From a virus (Duplodnaviria > Heunggongvirae > Uroviricota > Caudoviricetes): 64,000 nucleotides of DNA. Made by a program: the position numbers and the translations under genes. Within the stretch, counting starts at the first letter, position 1, and the number at the start of each line of letters is the position of its first letter. Below are positions 19,843 to 29,019 of the stretch, in pieces. A model generated the notes under the pieces. That model was given only the letters and a program-made list of their open reading frames with translations. It had not been told where the DNA came from and did no database searches. The stretch lies in IMG/VR virus record IMGVR_UViG_2684623127_000005. One strand, 5' to 3'.

Positions 19843-20973
19843 TCAAATGACCAGTTTTTTCCATTCCTTACCGCGTGCGTCGTTGTAAATATCGGTCATT
19901 TTTTGATTCGAATGGCCTAGCAAAATTTTGGTATCAACCCCCTGCTCTCTGAACAATCGCTCTGATAAAGATCTCTGCTCATGGAAAGAGGGAGGGGTGC
20001 CATTAGCACGCCAGTTGTAATCCACAGAATCCCGGGCTTTTTTAAATGCAACGGTTAATGTTGCTGGCTTAACCATCCCGCCGCGCTTAGCTGTCCCTTT
20101 CGCGTGATGGTGGTGCAATAGCCACGGACTAAGAACGCAATCGCGGCAGGATGACACCACATCATCCAGGGTGAGATTTAATTTATCGCAACGCAGAGCC
20201 AGAGGGATGGCAATCCGGGTTCCTGTTTTTTGCTGTTCGACATGAAGATAACCATCCCGGATATCCGAAAATTGCATTTTGCAAATATCTGAAAGGCGCT
20301 GGCCTGTCATCAGTGCCAGCAGCATACCGCGCTGTAAAAAGTAACCATCCTTTTCCGCTGCGTTATAAATCATCATCCACTCATCAAAAGTCAGTCGCTG
20401 TCTTGATATCCGCACCTGCGGTTTTTTTGCCGATTCTGCAGGGTTAAAGCCTGGCGGGACATCGCCCGTTTGCTGAGCTTCCCGGAAAACATCGATCAGT
20501 ACTTTCCTGAAAATTTGTCCCATTCTGTTATGTCCTCTGGCCTTGTACTCTTCCAGTACTGATACCACATCTTTTACGGTTATGGCATCTAACGGTCTGG
20601 TGCCAAAACGTTCATCAAATACCCTGAGAGGGGCCGCTTTCTGTTTCAGCGTGTTGAGTTTGATCTCGCCGTTTTCATATCTTTCCTGTTGAATTTTTCT
20701 GTAATTATTCAGAAAAATGGTAACGGTTGATGAACCGCCGGTATCACTAATAATTTTCTCCTGCAGACTGAGCATTTGTTCCATTTGCTGCCGGGCAAGA
20801 CGGCTGTTCGCTTCTGCTGCAATAGTTTCTGCCAGTTTCTGGTCAATACTGCCGAGACCGTGATTTTTGCCTGTTATGGGATGCCTGTAACGCCAGTAAA
20901 CTTTGTTATTTCTTTTGTCAAAATACGGAGATAATCCCGGAACATCGGTTTTATATTTTCGCGGGCGCGCCAT
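19843..20973 (-). CDS. int: lambda-family tyrosine integrase
   Basis: 376 aa; C-terminus ..LLGHSNQKMTDIYNDARGKEWKKLVI resembles lambda Int tail; overlaps xis. Confidence 0.9.
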   Translation of the reverse strand: MARPRKYKTDVPGLSPYFDKRNNKVYWRYRHPITGKNHGLGSIDQKLAETIAAEANSRLARQQMEQMLSLQEKIISDTGGSSTVTIFLNNYRKIQQERYENGEIKLNTLKQKAAPLRVFDERFGTRPLDAITVKDVVSVLEEYKARGHNRMGQIFRKVLIDVFREAQQTGDVPPGFNPAESAKKPQVRISRQRLTFDEWMMIYNAAEKDGYFLQRGMLLALMTGQRLSDICKMQFSDIRDGYLHVEQQKTGTRIAIPLALRCDKLNLTLDDVVSSCRDCVLSPWLLHHHHAKGTAKRGGMVKPATLTVAFKKARDSVDYNWRANGTPPSFHEQRSLSERLFREQGVDTKILLGHSNQKMTDIYNDARGKEWKKLVI

Positions 20974-21199
20974 CTTCCAGTATCCTCTTCAAAGCAGGGT
21001 GATCTGTGGCGATCACCTCCGGCTTGTTTACCATTCCGACAAAGCGAGCTTGCGGATCCACTCGCCAGCGTCTTCCAACTTTTTTGGGGAGAGGAAATAT
21101 CATTCCGGCTTTAGCGTATTTACTTAACGTACTCGGAGTTGGGACCGGTTCACTGAATTCCTCTTTTGCCCACTCAGTGAGCAGAATAAGTCTTGCCAT
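20951..21199 (-). CDS. xis: excisionase
   Basis: 82-aa basic protein immediately upstream of and overlapping int. Confidence 0.75.
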   Translation of the reverse strand: MARLILLTEWAKEEFSEPVPTPSTLSKYAKAGMIFPLPKKVGRRWRVDPQARFVGMVNKPEVIATDHPALKRILEDGAPAKI

Positions 21200-21263
21200 G
21201 AGCGTCGTTCGCTAATCATGGTCGCCGCCACTATAGCTGGTGGGCAACGACCGGGGTTGAACA

Positions 21264-23735
21264 TTAAAAATCAGCCTGATTCGGGATCAGTTTTTGCCAG
21301 ATAACTGAAACGTATTTTGCCTGGTAACGGGCGTCATCAAGTGCATTATGGCGCTCACCTTCGAATGGAATAGCCGTTCTGGCATCGAAGTCTATGGCTT
21401 TCCCCAGCTCAACGATTGTGCGTACATCGCGATCGTTGTAGTAACGCCACGGGCAGGGGATCCCCTGCCGTTCGTATGAACGGCGCAAAATCGTGTTGTC
21501 GAAGTTGGCTCCATTTCCCCAGACCTGAACAAAAAATTCACCGGAGTTTTCGTCGATAAATTCCCGCAATTGTAATAGTGCATCATCTAACGGGATTTCA
21601 TCGGTCATAATGGCAGATTGCGCTTCGCGTGATTGCTTAAGCCACCATTTAATGGTGTCCCGATCAATGACCCCGCCAGCAGTTTCCAGATCGATAGTCT
21701 TACTAAATTCCGGTCCCATATCTCCGGTTTGCGGATCGAAAAATATTGCACCTATTGAGATGATCGGGGCATCAGGATTTTTTCCCATGGTTTCAAGGTC
21801 GATCATTAGATGGTCACACGTCCTGCTGGTGGATGTGATTTCTTGATGACCGTTCACCTTAATTGAGTGATCTGCCGTCTCGCCAGTTTCATTATCGCTA
21901 TCGTGATGCTGATTGCCGTCAGTGTTCTCCTTGTGTGGATGTTCAGCGCCTTCCATTTCCTCCGGATCATCTTCCTGAACTTCAACCTGATACTCTTCAT
22001 CGAATGTTTCCTGGTATGTTGCGTCGCCCATCACCGCGCCACAATCAGGGCAGTTGCCGCCGCCGGTCTGACCGCAGGCGGTGCAGACTTTTTCCGGTTC
22101 CTGTTGCGCTACTGGCTCAGGTTGTTTCGTTTCTGGCTCGTTTTGTTGCGTATTTGGGCTGTTTTGTTCCGCTTTCTGGTCGTTCTGTTCCGTTTCTTGC
22201 TGGTTCTGGTTCACAGAATCGCGGGTTTCAATCCCCTTCACCCATTTCGGATCATTCGGGTCGCTAATCCCTGCAACAAATTCACCACGTGATGCGGCGA
22301 GCAACTGATTGGCGTCAGGCTGGCTGATATTGGCTGCCTGCATAATTTTCTTTACTTCGTCAGCGGTAACTTTTACCGGTTCTGGTTGTTCAGAATTTTG
22401 TGCGGTATTTGCATTTTGCGGTAAGCCTGTGTATGTGCCATTTTTTCGGGCAAAATATTCTTCTTTTGTGATTTCAGTAGCCCCGGCAGCCAGCGCCTTA
22501 TCCAGACCAGAAAGTTTGTTTGCGCGACCGTATTTTTCGCCATCCTTGTCGGTGAAGAGGAAGTAGAACGGCCCCTCACGCTCTACAGATGGTTCGACTT
22601 CCACTTTGCATTCGGTTTTTTCGTTGTCCGGAATTGCCGTTTCCACTGCATCAGTTTCTGGTACTGGCGACGAGAGAGTGTCAGTTGCGCTCTGATTTGT
22701 TCCTTCATCTTCAAACACGCCCTTTGTAGTCAGGTATTCAGTAATGTATTTGTTCAGTGCCACAGGGTCTTTGTGAATGTCGATCGGACGTTCACGGACA
22801 AGGCCAAAAATAGTCTGGCGGTCGTAGCGAAGGGCATCAGGCTGTTTGCGCATTGATGCCGAGATACGCTTCCAGTCTTCGCGGTCGTTGTCGATAACTT
22901 CATTTTTTGCCCAGCGATGGATGCTGCCGTCAATGTTTCCGGCATCCACATCACCAGGCCAGAGAGCGTAGGCCAGTTCGTCATCCAGTGTTTTCCATGT
23001 CTGCTTATATTCGCGACGAATGACTGCAGTGACAGGGGGGATTTTTTCTGCTGAGTTTTCAGTGTGCTGTCGGTGGACTCTGGCGCGGGCGAGATCAACA
23101 ACAGACGTGTATTTTCCGGTTTCCTTGCGTTCACCTTCGCGACGTTTTTTCCAGATGCGCATTTCTGCCTGAATTTCGGGCCATTTGGCACCAGGCTTAC
23201 ATTTATGCTTAACCCACCCGATGGCATGCAGCTTAAGCTCCGGATACATGGCGTTAACTTCTGGCATTTTCATCAACGCTTCAACGATATGTCCGTCGAA
23301 TGTTGCCATGTCTTCCTGCAACAATTCCTGCGCGCTAATCACCATATCAACGGTGATGTTTTCACATGTGTCGAACTTAACCATGACAGCGTTCTGTACT
23401 TCAGGGGCCAGCTTGTCAAAAGCGACGTTCATCGGATCGGATTCAGTCTCAACCGGGACAAAGGAAGCAGCCCCCTCATCCCAGCGGTTTTCCTGCATAT
23501 ATTCAGCATCCCAGGAATCGAGGGCAGGGCGGGGTATACCGGGTTTATCCTCGCAAACAAGAAATTTATAAGCGCAGTCCTGAGCAGCCGGATAATGCTC
23601 CAGGAATTGCCAGTGAAATTTTGCGCGGGCGCGACGTTCATCACCGGCTTCAATGGCAGTGGCTACAGCGACTGCACCTTCTTCCTTTATTGCCTGTTCG
23701 TCCGGAATGGCGGCGCAAATAAAGACTTTACTCAT
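21264..23735 (-). CDS. prophage exonuclease: RecE (exonuclease VIII)-like N-terminal/central region fused to DEDD (DnaQ-like) 3'-5' exonuclease C-terminal domain
   Basis: Central block LLAASRGEFVAGISDPNDPKWVKGIETRD matches Rac RecE; C-terminus has DEDDh motifs (MIDLETMG..., ...HNALDDARY); acidic/Gln-rich low-complexity linker. Confidence 0.7.
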   Translation of the reverse strand: MSKVFICAAIPDEQAIKEEGAVAVATAIEAGDERRARAKFHWQFLEHYPAAQDCAYKFLVCEDKPGIPRPALDSWDAEYMQENRWDEGAASFVPVETESDPMNVAFDKLAPEVQNAVMVKFDTCENITVDMVISAQELLQEDMATFDGHIVEALMKMPEVNAMYPELKLHAIGWVKHKCKPGAKWPEIQAEMRIWKKRREGERKETGKYTSVVDLARARVHRQHTENSAEKIPPVTAVIRREYKQTWKTLDDELAYALWPGDVDAGNIDGSIHRWAKNEVIDNDREDWKRISASMRKQPDALRYDRQTIFGLVRERPIDIHKDPVALNKYITEYLTTKGVFEDEGTNQSATDTLSSPVPETDAVETAIPDNEKTECKVEVEPSVEREGPFYFLFTDKDGEKYGRANKLSGLDKALAAGATEITKEEYFARKNGTYTGLPQNANTAQNSEQPEPVKVTADEVKKIMQAANISQPDANQLLAASRGEFVAGISDPNDPKWVKGIETRDSVNQNQQETEQNDQKAEQNSPNTQQNEPETKQPEPVAQQEPEKVCTACGQTGGGNCPDCGAVMGDATYQETFDEEYQVEVQEDDPEEMEGAEHPHKENTDGNQHHDSDNETGETADHSIKVNGHQEITSTSRTCDHLMIDLETMGKNPDAPIISIGAIFFDPQTGDMGPEFSKTIDLETAGGVIDRDTIKWWLKQSREAQSAIMTDEIPLDDALLQLREFIDENSGEFFVQVWGNGANFDNTILRRSYERQGIPCPWRYYNDRDVRTIVELGKAIDFDARTAIPFEGERHNALDDARYQAKYVSVIWQKLIPNQADF

Positions 23736-23827
23736 TTTGTTTTACCTCATTACAGATTTAAGGGTGAACAAATCCCTGCCATTGCTGGCATATAAGAATG
23801 AAATCGGATGTTTATTACGGAACTGTT

Positions 23828-24073
23828 TTAAAGACCTGCCGGGATTTCGTTATTATCATGGTGAATAACTTTATCGACAGGGTAACAGTTACCGGGAATT
23901 TTCTGTTCGGTTGCTGCAGTCACACACTCCTGCATTGTCCTGTGAACACTGACTGCAATATCAACTGGCTCTCCGGAAACAAGAAAAACTGTCAGAACAA
24001 GTGCAAATGCTGTATTCATTGCCAGCATCCTTTTTGTATCGGACGTAAACGGGCCAGCATTGAAAGAATGCAT
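23828..24073 (-). CDS. hypothetical small protein with hydrophobic signal-like segment
   Basis: ORF in early-leftward region; MNTAFALVLTVFLVSG hydrophobic stretch. Confidence 0.3.
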   Translation of the reverse strand: MHSFNAGPFTSDTKRMLAMNTAFALVLTVFLVSGEPVDIAVSVHRTMQECVTAATEQKIPGNCYPVDKVIHHDNNEIPAGL

Positions 24074-24691
24074 ATTTTATTTAATAACTCCCGTTCGTGT
24101 TTTCTCTTGTTAATGGCATCTTCAGTAAATACAGGGTTACTGATAGTGACACCAATTTCAAAACAACCTTCAGACGTATTAACGTTTGGTAATAACGTTT
24201 CCATTATCGCGTCCTCAACAATGAATTTTGTGATGCAGTGCCTGGTGCCTCCAGGTGACGTTAACCAGTTAACAATTAACGCCGGATACAGAGAATCCAC
24301 CCATAACACTGTTTTTGGTTTTAACTGTTCCGCGTGCGCTCAGCCGCATTCACCGCATCACAAAATTCACTTTAAAAAGGGCGGCAGAGCAGTCACGGAG
24401 TAAAACTGATACCGCCAAACGTCACCAGAAAATTGATAACAGAGGGCGTTGCAGCGGGGTTGTCACTTAAGCGTATGGTCAGCCTGACAACCCGGTGTCC
24501 TCAAGGGGAAGGAATAACCCCGCCATACTTACCGCCGCGCCATTTCGCGGATTGCCACAACCAGAAGCGCACGGTCGAAGAAATTTAACGACAAGACTTA
24601 TATGCAAAGGGATCTCGCCGTGCGCTTTCGTGTTATGCCCTGACTTTTCAGGGTAAATTAACCTGTGGAAACCTGTTTTTACTGGCGCTAA

Positions 24692-24949
24692 TCAGTTAGC
24701 GTTTCTGGCTAACCAGCGATGCGCGGCAGCTTCGGTTTTAAACGTTTTACTTTTGGTATACGTCATCGCGGTAAACGTGCCGTCCTGATTGGGAAACACG
24801 CCACATACCAGAGATTCGTTGTTGCCAAGCTCGATAGTATCCATGCTGACCTCATTTCCCCTTAACGCCGGGTAGCGGAACTGTTTGCTGAGAACACCGT
24901 GCGGTGTCTTGATGGGTGGTAATTTAGTTTTCTCATGAGTGTTGGTCAA
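24692..24949 (-). CDS. hypothetical protein, first gene of leftward early operon (true start probably internal ATG at 24844)
   Basis: Lies immediately left of OL-like operator; track start is TTG inside the operator, internal ATG has GAGG SD. Confidence 0.3.
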   Translation of the reverse strand: MTNTHEKTKLPPIKTPHGVLSKQFRYPALRGNEVSMDTIELGNNESLVCGVFPNQDGTFTAMTYTKSKTFKTEAAAHRWLARNAN

Positions 24950-24959
24950 GTATTTTTAA

Positions 24960-24971
24960 TGAGAAAACTCA
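24960..24971. promoter_or_regulatory. OL-like operator palindrome
   Basis: TGAGAAAACTCA, same palindrome as in repressor-cro intergenic region. Confidence 0.5.
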
Positions 24972-25033
24972 ATATTTAATGCAAAATAAAGCCAATACAT
25001 TGAAATGTAAGGCTTTAAAATTTGTGAAGGGGG

Positions 25034-25441
25034 TTACTGATGTTTGTTACGTTTGCGAGCTTCTAGTAGCTCGGTGAATAGGCGATTAAAATTCTCAACG
25101 CGGGCACGGAGTTCGCTGATTTGTGCTTGCTGCTCTGATTTTGGAAGTGCGCGATACAATCGCAACATCTCCAACTCATCTTCCGATAAGTCTAAGGCGC
25201 TGTTGAGTGCAACTGGTGGATCTGGTGTTTTATCCTCGTCACCAAACAGTATCCAAGTTGGTGAACATTGCAATACCTCAGCCAGGCGATGCAAATTTTG
25301 CCCGCGCGGGGCTGTATGGTCGCTTTCCCATAGTGAAATTGATGAGCCAGATACGCCAGCGGCTTTGCTTAAATCGTTTTGACTTAAACCAACCTGTTTG
25401 CGTCTTTCTCTAATTCGTTGACCTAAAGTTTTCTCGTTCAT
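25034..25441 (-). CDS. prophage repressor, XRE-family HTH (RacR/DicA-like, no peptidase domain)
   Basis: N-terminal HTH (LGQRIRERRKQVGLSQNDLSKAAGVSGSSISLWE), divergent from cro-like gene, flanked by identical palindromic operators; no SD (leaderless-like). Confidence 0.75.
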   Translation of the reverse strand: MNEKTLGQRIRERRKQVGLSQNDLSKAAGVSGSSISLWESDHTAPRGQNLHRLAEVLQCSPTWILFGDEDKTPDPPVALNSALDLSEDELEMLRLYRALPKSEQQAQISELRARVENFNRLFTELLEARKRNKHQ

Positions 25442-25491
25442 ATTTAGATATCTTAATAACCCTTGACTTGAGATTCCTTGAGTGATTACTA

Positions 25492-25505
25492 TTGAGAAAA
25501 CTCAA
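25492..25505. promoter_or_regulatory. OR-like operator palindrome
   Basis: TTGAGAAAACTCAA perfect inverted repeat; additional TTGAG half-sites at 25468-25482. Confidence 0.5.
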
Positions 25506-25518
25506 CTTTGGAGGGGTG

Positions 25519-25746
25519 ATGTTTAAATCAGACGTAATTAATTTTTATGGGACGAAAGCCAAAGTAGCGAAAGCTGCTGGTGTTGATCCATCTGCTGTTT
25601 CTCAATGGGGGGAACTGGTTCCTGAAGGTCGCGCGATGCGCCTGCAAGAGGCATCCGGCGGGGAACTTCAGTACGACCCCAAAGTTTATGACGAATATCG
25701 TAAGGCAAAGCGGGCGGGGCGGTTGAACAATGAAAATCACCCCTGA
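25519..25746 (+). CDS. Cro-like regulator (YdaS-like)
   Basis: Small protein divergent from repressor; GGAGG SD before ATG 25519; ..KAKVAKAAGVDPSAVSQW.. HTH-like. Confidence 0.6.
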   Translation: MFKSDVINFYGTKAKVAKAAGVDPSAVSQWGELVPEGRAMRLQEASGGELQYDPKVYDEYRKAKRAGRLNNENHP

Positions 25747-26281
25747 ACAGGTTTGTGAGGCTCTGGATGCCTGGGTATGTCGACCAGGAATGACACAGGA
25801 GCAGGCGACGATATTAATCACGGAAGCATTCTGGGCTCTGAAAGAACGCCCGAACATCGATGTTCAACGCGTCACGTTTAATGATGGCGAGGTTGATCAA
25901 CGGGCGCTGGGCGTTAACCGGGTGAAGATATTCGAACGCTGGAAAGCTATCGACACCAGGGATAAGCGGGAAAAATTCACGGCGCTGATTCCGGCAATTA
26001 TGGAGGCTATCCGAATTAGTGATTTCAGGTTGTATCGTGAGATCAGTGATGGAAAAAGCATTACGTACATGATCGCCGGATTAAACAAAGAATATGGCGA
26101 TGTGGTGGAGTCCGGGCTGCTTTTTGCGGATCCAGCTGTTGTGGAACGTGAGACTGACGAGCTTATAGAAAAAGCTATTGCTTTCAAGCATGCGTATCGT
26201 CAGCAATATCAATATTACTTTGCAGATAAACAAATATCTGCCAGGGGTTCGTATGAGTATCGATGCACTACGATGGGCTAA
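25730..26281 (+). CDS. YdaT-like protein (Rac/Qin-type immunity region, CII-position)
   Basis: Position and overlap after cro-like gene; resemblance to YdaT family from memory. Confidence 0.45.
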   Translation: MKITPEQVCEALDAWVCRPGMTQEQATILITEAFWALKERPNIDVQRVTFNDGEVDQRALGVNRVKIFERWKAIDTRDKREKFTALIPAIMEAIRISDFRLYREISDGKSITYMIAGLNKEYGDVVESGLLFADPAVVERETDELIEKAIAFKHAYRQQYQYYFADKQISARGSYEYRCTTMG

Positions 26282-27293
26282 AAAGGTGAAAACCGGCAGT
26301 TCATCCAGTAAGTCTGTATTGACCTGGCTTGCTGATATGTGCGGTGCCGATTTGTGTGCATACCCGTCTGTATCTGCACTGGCAGATGTAACGGAACTGA
26401 ACAAAAAGACTGTGCAGGACAGCTTACGACACCTGATGGAGATTGGGTTAATTGTTGATACCGGTGAGAGAAAAGGCAGAACAAAGCAAATTGTGGTGTA
26501 CCGACTTATCGGTGTAGAAGAAAGTGTTGCCGAGCCTGAATACACCCAAAAACGGGTGTCTTTAAAGGTGGGTAAAATTGGTGCTGTTAATAAAAACAGT
26601 ACCGAAAACGGTTATGTTTCAGCACAAAAGAGCCCCAAAAACGGAACTCTTTGTTGCATGGAAAATAACCAAAGACACCCAAATTTTCCATCAAAGACAC
26701 CCAAAAACGGATCACGGAACCCAAAGGAACCCAAAGATCTAAACCCCACACATAACGCACGCGAGAGTGCTCCGACCAGTGAGCAGGAAGTTTTGTCGTT
26801 ACAGGCAGCCCCCCATGTATTCCTGGATGGCCTGAGCGAACCCATCGGAAAATTTCCGATGACCGATAGCTGGTATCCGTCACGGGATTTTCGACGACGG
26901 GCTGCGTTGTGGGGGATGGCTTTGCCGGAGACAGAATTTACACCTGCTGAACTTACCGCATTCCGGGACTACTGGGCAGCGGAGGGGAAAGTGTTTACGC
27001 AGATTCAGTGGGAGCAGAAATTCGCCCGTCACGTAAATCACGTCAGGGCGCAGGTTAAACCAGTCAGCAAGGGGGTAAACCATGCAGCAGCACCAGGTGG
27101 CACCGCATCACGGGCAGTTCAGGAAATTCGGGCAGCACGTGAGCAGTGGGAACGTGAAAACGGATTTATCAGCGACGGAAACGGCCTGGAAGCTGTGGGA
27201 ACTCATGGGGGAGGTTTATTCGAACCGCTGGACCCAGAAGAACGGGGCCGCACCTTCGAAGCTCTGGATTGCACAGATTGGCGCGATGACTGA
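26253..27293 (+). CDS. replication initiation protein (O-like: N-terminal wHTH, C-terminal DnaT-like domain)
   Basis: Position; N-terminal wHTH; C-terminal ..WYPSRDFRRRAALWGMALPETEFTPAELTAFRDYWAAEGK.. DnaT-like. Confidence 0.6.
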   Translation: MSIDALRWAKKVKTGSSSSKSVLTWLADMCGADLCAYPSVSALADVTELNKKTVQDSLRHLMEIGLIVDTGERKGRTKQIVVYRLIGVEESVAEPEYTQKRVSLKVGKIGAVNKNSTENGYVSAQKSPKNGTLCCMENNQRHPNFPSKTPKNGSRNPKEPKDLNPTHNARESAPTSEQEVLSLQAAPHVFLDGLSEPIGKFPMTDSWYPSRDFRRRAALWGMALPETEFTPAELTAFRDYWAAEGKVFTQIQWEQKFARHVNHVRAQVKPVSKGVNHAAAPGGTASRAVQEIRAAREQWERENGFISDGNGLEAVGTHGGGLFEPLDPEERGRTFEALDCTDWRDD

Positions 27294-27747
27294 GCAGCAA
27301 ATCCGGCAGGTCTGCCGCCAGTGCATGGACCGCTGCCGGGCGGGTGAAACATGGCCTCCGGACCTGGCTGAGTTTGTGGCGCTGATTTCGGAAAGCGGGG
27401 CCAATCCATTTGGCCTGACGGTGGATGCTGTGATGGAGGAGTATCGCCGCTGGCGTAATGAGTCCTGGCGATATAACGGAAGCGACAAATATCCGTGGCC
27501 TCAGCCTGTGCTGTATCACATTTGCCTCGAGATGCGTTCAAAGGGGATTGAACGCCAGATGACCGAAGGGGAATTAAAACGGCTTGCAGAACGGCAGCTG
27601 ACGAAATGGGCAAAGCATGTTAGTAACGGCCTGAGCGTTCCGCCAGTACGGCGACAACTGGCGGCACCAAAACGCCCGTTGGGACCAACGCCAATTGAGT
27701 TGCTGAAACAGGAGTATGAACGCCGGAAAGCGGCTGGTTTTGTCTGA
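27082..27747 (+). CDS. replication protein P-like (DnaB helicase loader); start uncertain (27082, 27205 or 27286)
   Basis: C-terminal two thirds align with lambda P (..FVALISES..YPWPQPVLYHICLEMR..ELKRLAERQLTKW..); ATG 27286 overlaps O-like stop (ATGA), ATG 27082 has GGGGG SD. Confidence 0.65.
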   Translation: MQQHQVAPHHGQFRKFGQHVSSGNVKTDLSATETAWKLWELMGEVYSNRWTQKNGAAPSKLWIAQIGAMTEQQIRQVCRQCMDRCRAGETWPPDLAEFVALISESGANPFGLTVDAVMEEYRRWRNESWRYNGSDKYPWPQPVLYHICLEMRSKGIERQMTEGELKRLAERQLTKWAKHVSNGLSVPPVRRQLAAPKRPLGPTPIELLKQEYERRKAAGFV

Positions 27748-27780
27748 TTTGAGAAGTATTTTTATCCGGAGGAAGTTTTA

Positions 27781-28551
27781 ATGGAAACCGTATTGCATGC
27801 ACTGAAAGCGATGGGTAAAGCCAATTCTGTTGAACTGGCGGCACGAATTGATATCAGCCGTGAAGAAGTTCTCAACGAACTGTGGGAGCTCAAAAAAAAT
27901 GGCGTTGTTGATAAAACGGGTCACACCTGGTTTCTGGCTGTCGAAGGTGAATCCCGGGTAACCGAAGAGCGGCCAGTAAAATCTGAAACACAGGATATGC
28001 TGACCGAAGAGGTCGCTCCAAAAGTTAGCGCTAACATGATGATTGAGTTTATCGCTCAGGAGGGGGCTAAAACCTGTGAAGAAATAGCGGGTAAGTTCGG
28101 TGTCAGTACTCGCAAGGTTGCTTCCACGCTGGCGGTGGTAACCGCAACGGGGCGGCTGGCACGCGTTAATCAGAACGGTAGATTTCGTTACTGCATGCCG
28201 GGCGATAATTTACCAGCAGAGCCGAAAGCCGCGCTGGTAACGGAAAATGATGGTAAGGCCTTTCCTCAGCCAGCAGGTGCTGCGTTACCAGTCCGGGAAG
28301 CCGCAACACAGGAAGAAATAAAAACTGAAAGTGTGGCGGTCACAGTGCAGTCACAGCCGTTGTTCACCAGAAAACATCCGGATGGTCTGATTTTACCATC
28401 GCTGCATGTGGCTAACCGCGAGCTGCGCCGGGCAAAAGGTCAGGTTCAGAAGTGGGAGCGTGTCTGCGCCGCGCTGCGGGAGCTGAACAAGCACCGGGAT
28501 ATTGTTCGGCAGATTGTCGATTCATCCGGTCGTATTGTGTCGGAAAAGTGA
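27781..28551 (+). CDS. hypothetical protein with two winged-helix-like segments
   Basis: Good SD (GGAGGAAG); nin-region position. Confidence 0.45.
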   Translation: METVLHALKAMGKANSVELAARIDISREEVLNELWELKKNGVVDKTGHTWFLAVEGESRVTEERPVKSETQDMLTEEVAPKVSANMMIEFIAQEGAKTCEEIAGKFGVSTRKVASTLAVVTATGRLARVNQNGRFRYCMPGDNLPAEPKAALVTENDGKAFPQPAGAALPVREAATQEEIKTESVAVTVQSQPLFTRKHPDGLILPSLHVANRELRRAKGQVQKWERVCAALRELNKHRDIVRQIVDSSGRIVSEK

Positions 28552-28566
28552 TTGCCGGAGGCGCTT

Positions 28567-28947
28567 ATGGCGAAACCTTTTACACACGAACAGCGTGAAG
28601 AACTGAAGGCCCGAATTATCGGGCTGGTACGCAAAAATGAACGCATGACGATATCACAACTGGAGAGAGCGACGGGAGCAGGCTGGCATTCAGTCAGACG
28701 TTGCCTTGTGGATGTACTGGCTTGTGGCGATTTATACATGCCCGGTAAATACGGTGTTTTTGCATCAGAACAGGTGTATCGCGTATGGCGTAAGGCAGCG
28801 GAGAAAACAACCGACCAGACATTGATTCGAAAGTTACCAGACGGAGAAATACGCCGCTATGACAGGCATCAGAACATAATTTGCAGTGAGTGCCGAAATA
28901 GCGAAGTTATGCAGCGTGTACTGGCGTTCTGTCAGGGGAATTTTTAG
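28567..28947 (+). CDS. hypothetical protein
   Basis: ATG with GGAGG SD; ORF-track start 28552 is TTG. Confidence 0.4.
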   Translation: MAKPFTHEQREELKARIIGLVRKNERMTISQLERATGAGWHSVRRCLVDVLACGDLYMPGKYGVFASEQVYRVWRKAAEKTTDQTLIRKLPDGEIRRYDRHQNIICSECRNSEVMQRVLAFCQGNF

Positions 28948-29019
28948 GAGGTGGTGCTGTGAGTGAAATTAGCTATCAGGCTTCAATTGCCGCTGGCATT
29001 CGCATCAAAGGAGAGGTGC

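Noticed and set aside
21863-23795. Plus-strand ORFs (134-243 aa) inside the exonuclease gene
   Set aside because: Overlap a long minus-strand gene with recognisable RecE/DEDD motifs; low-complexity Phe/Leu/Cys-rich translations typical of antisense frames.
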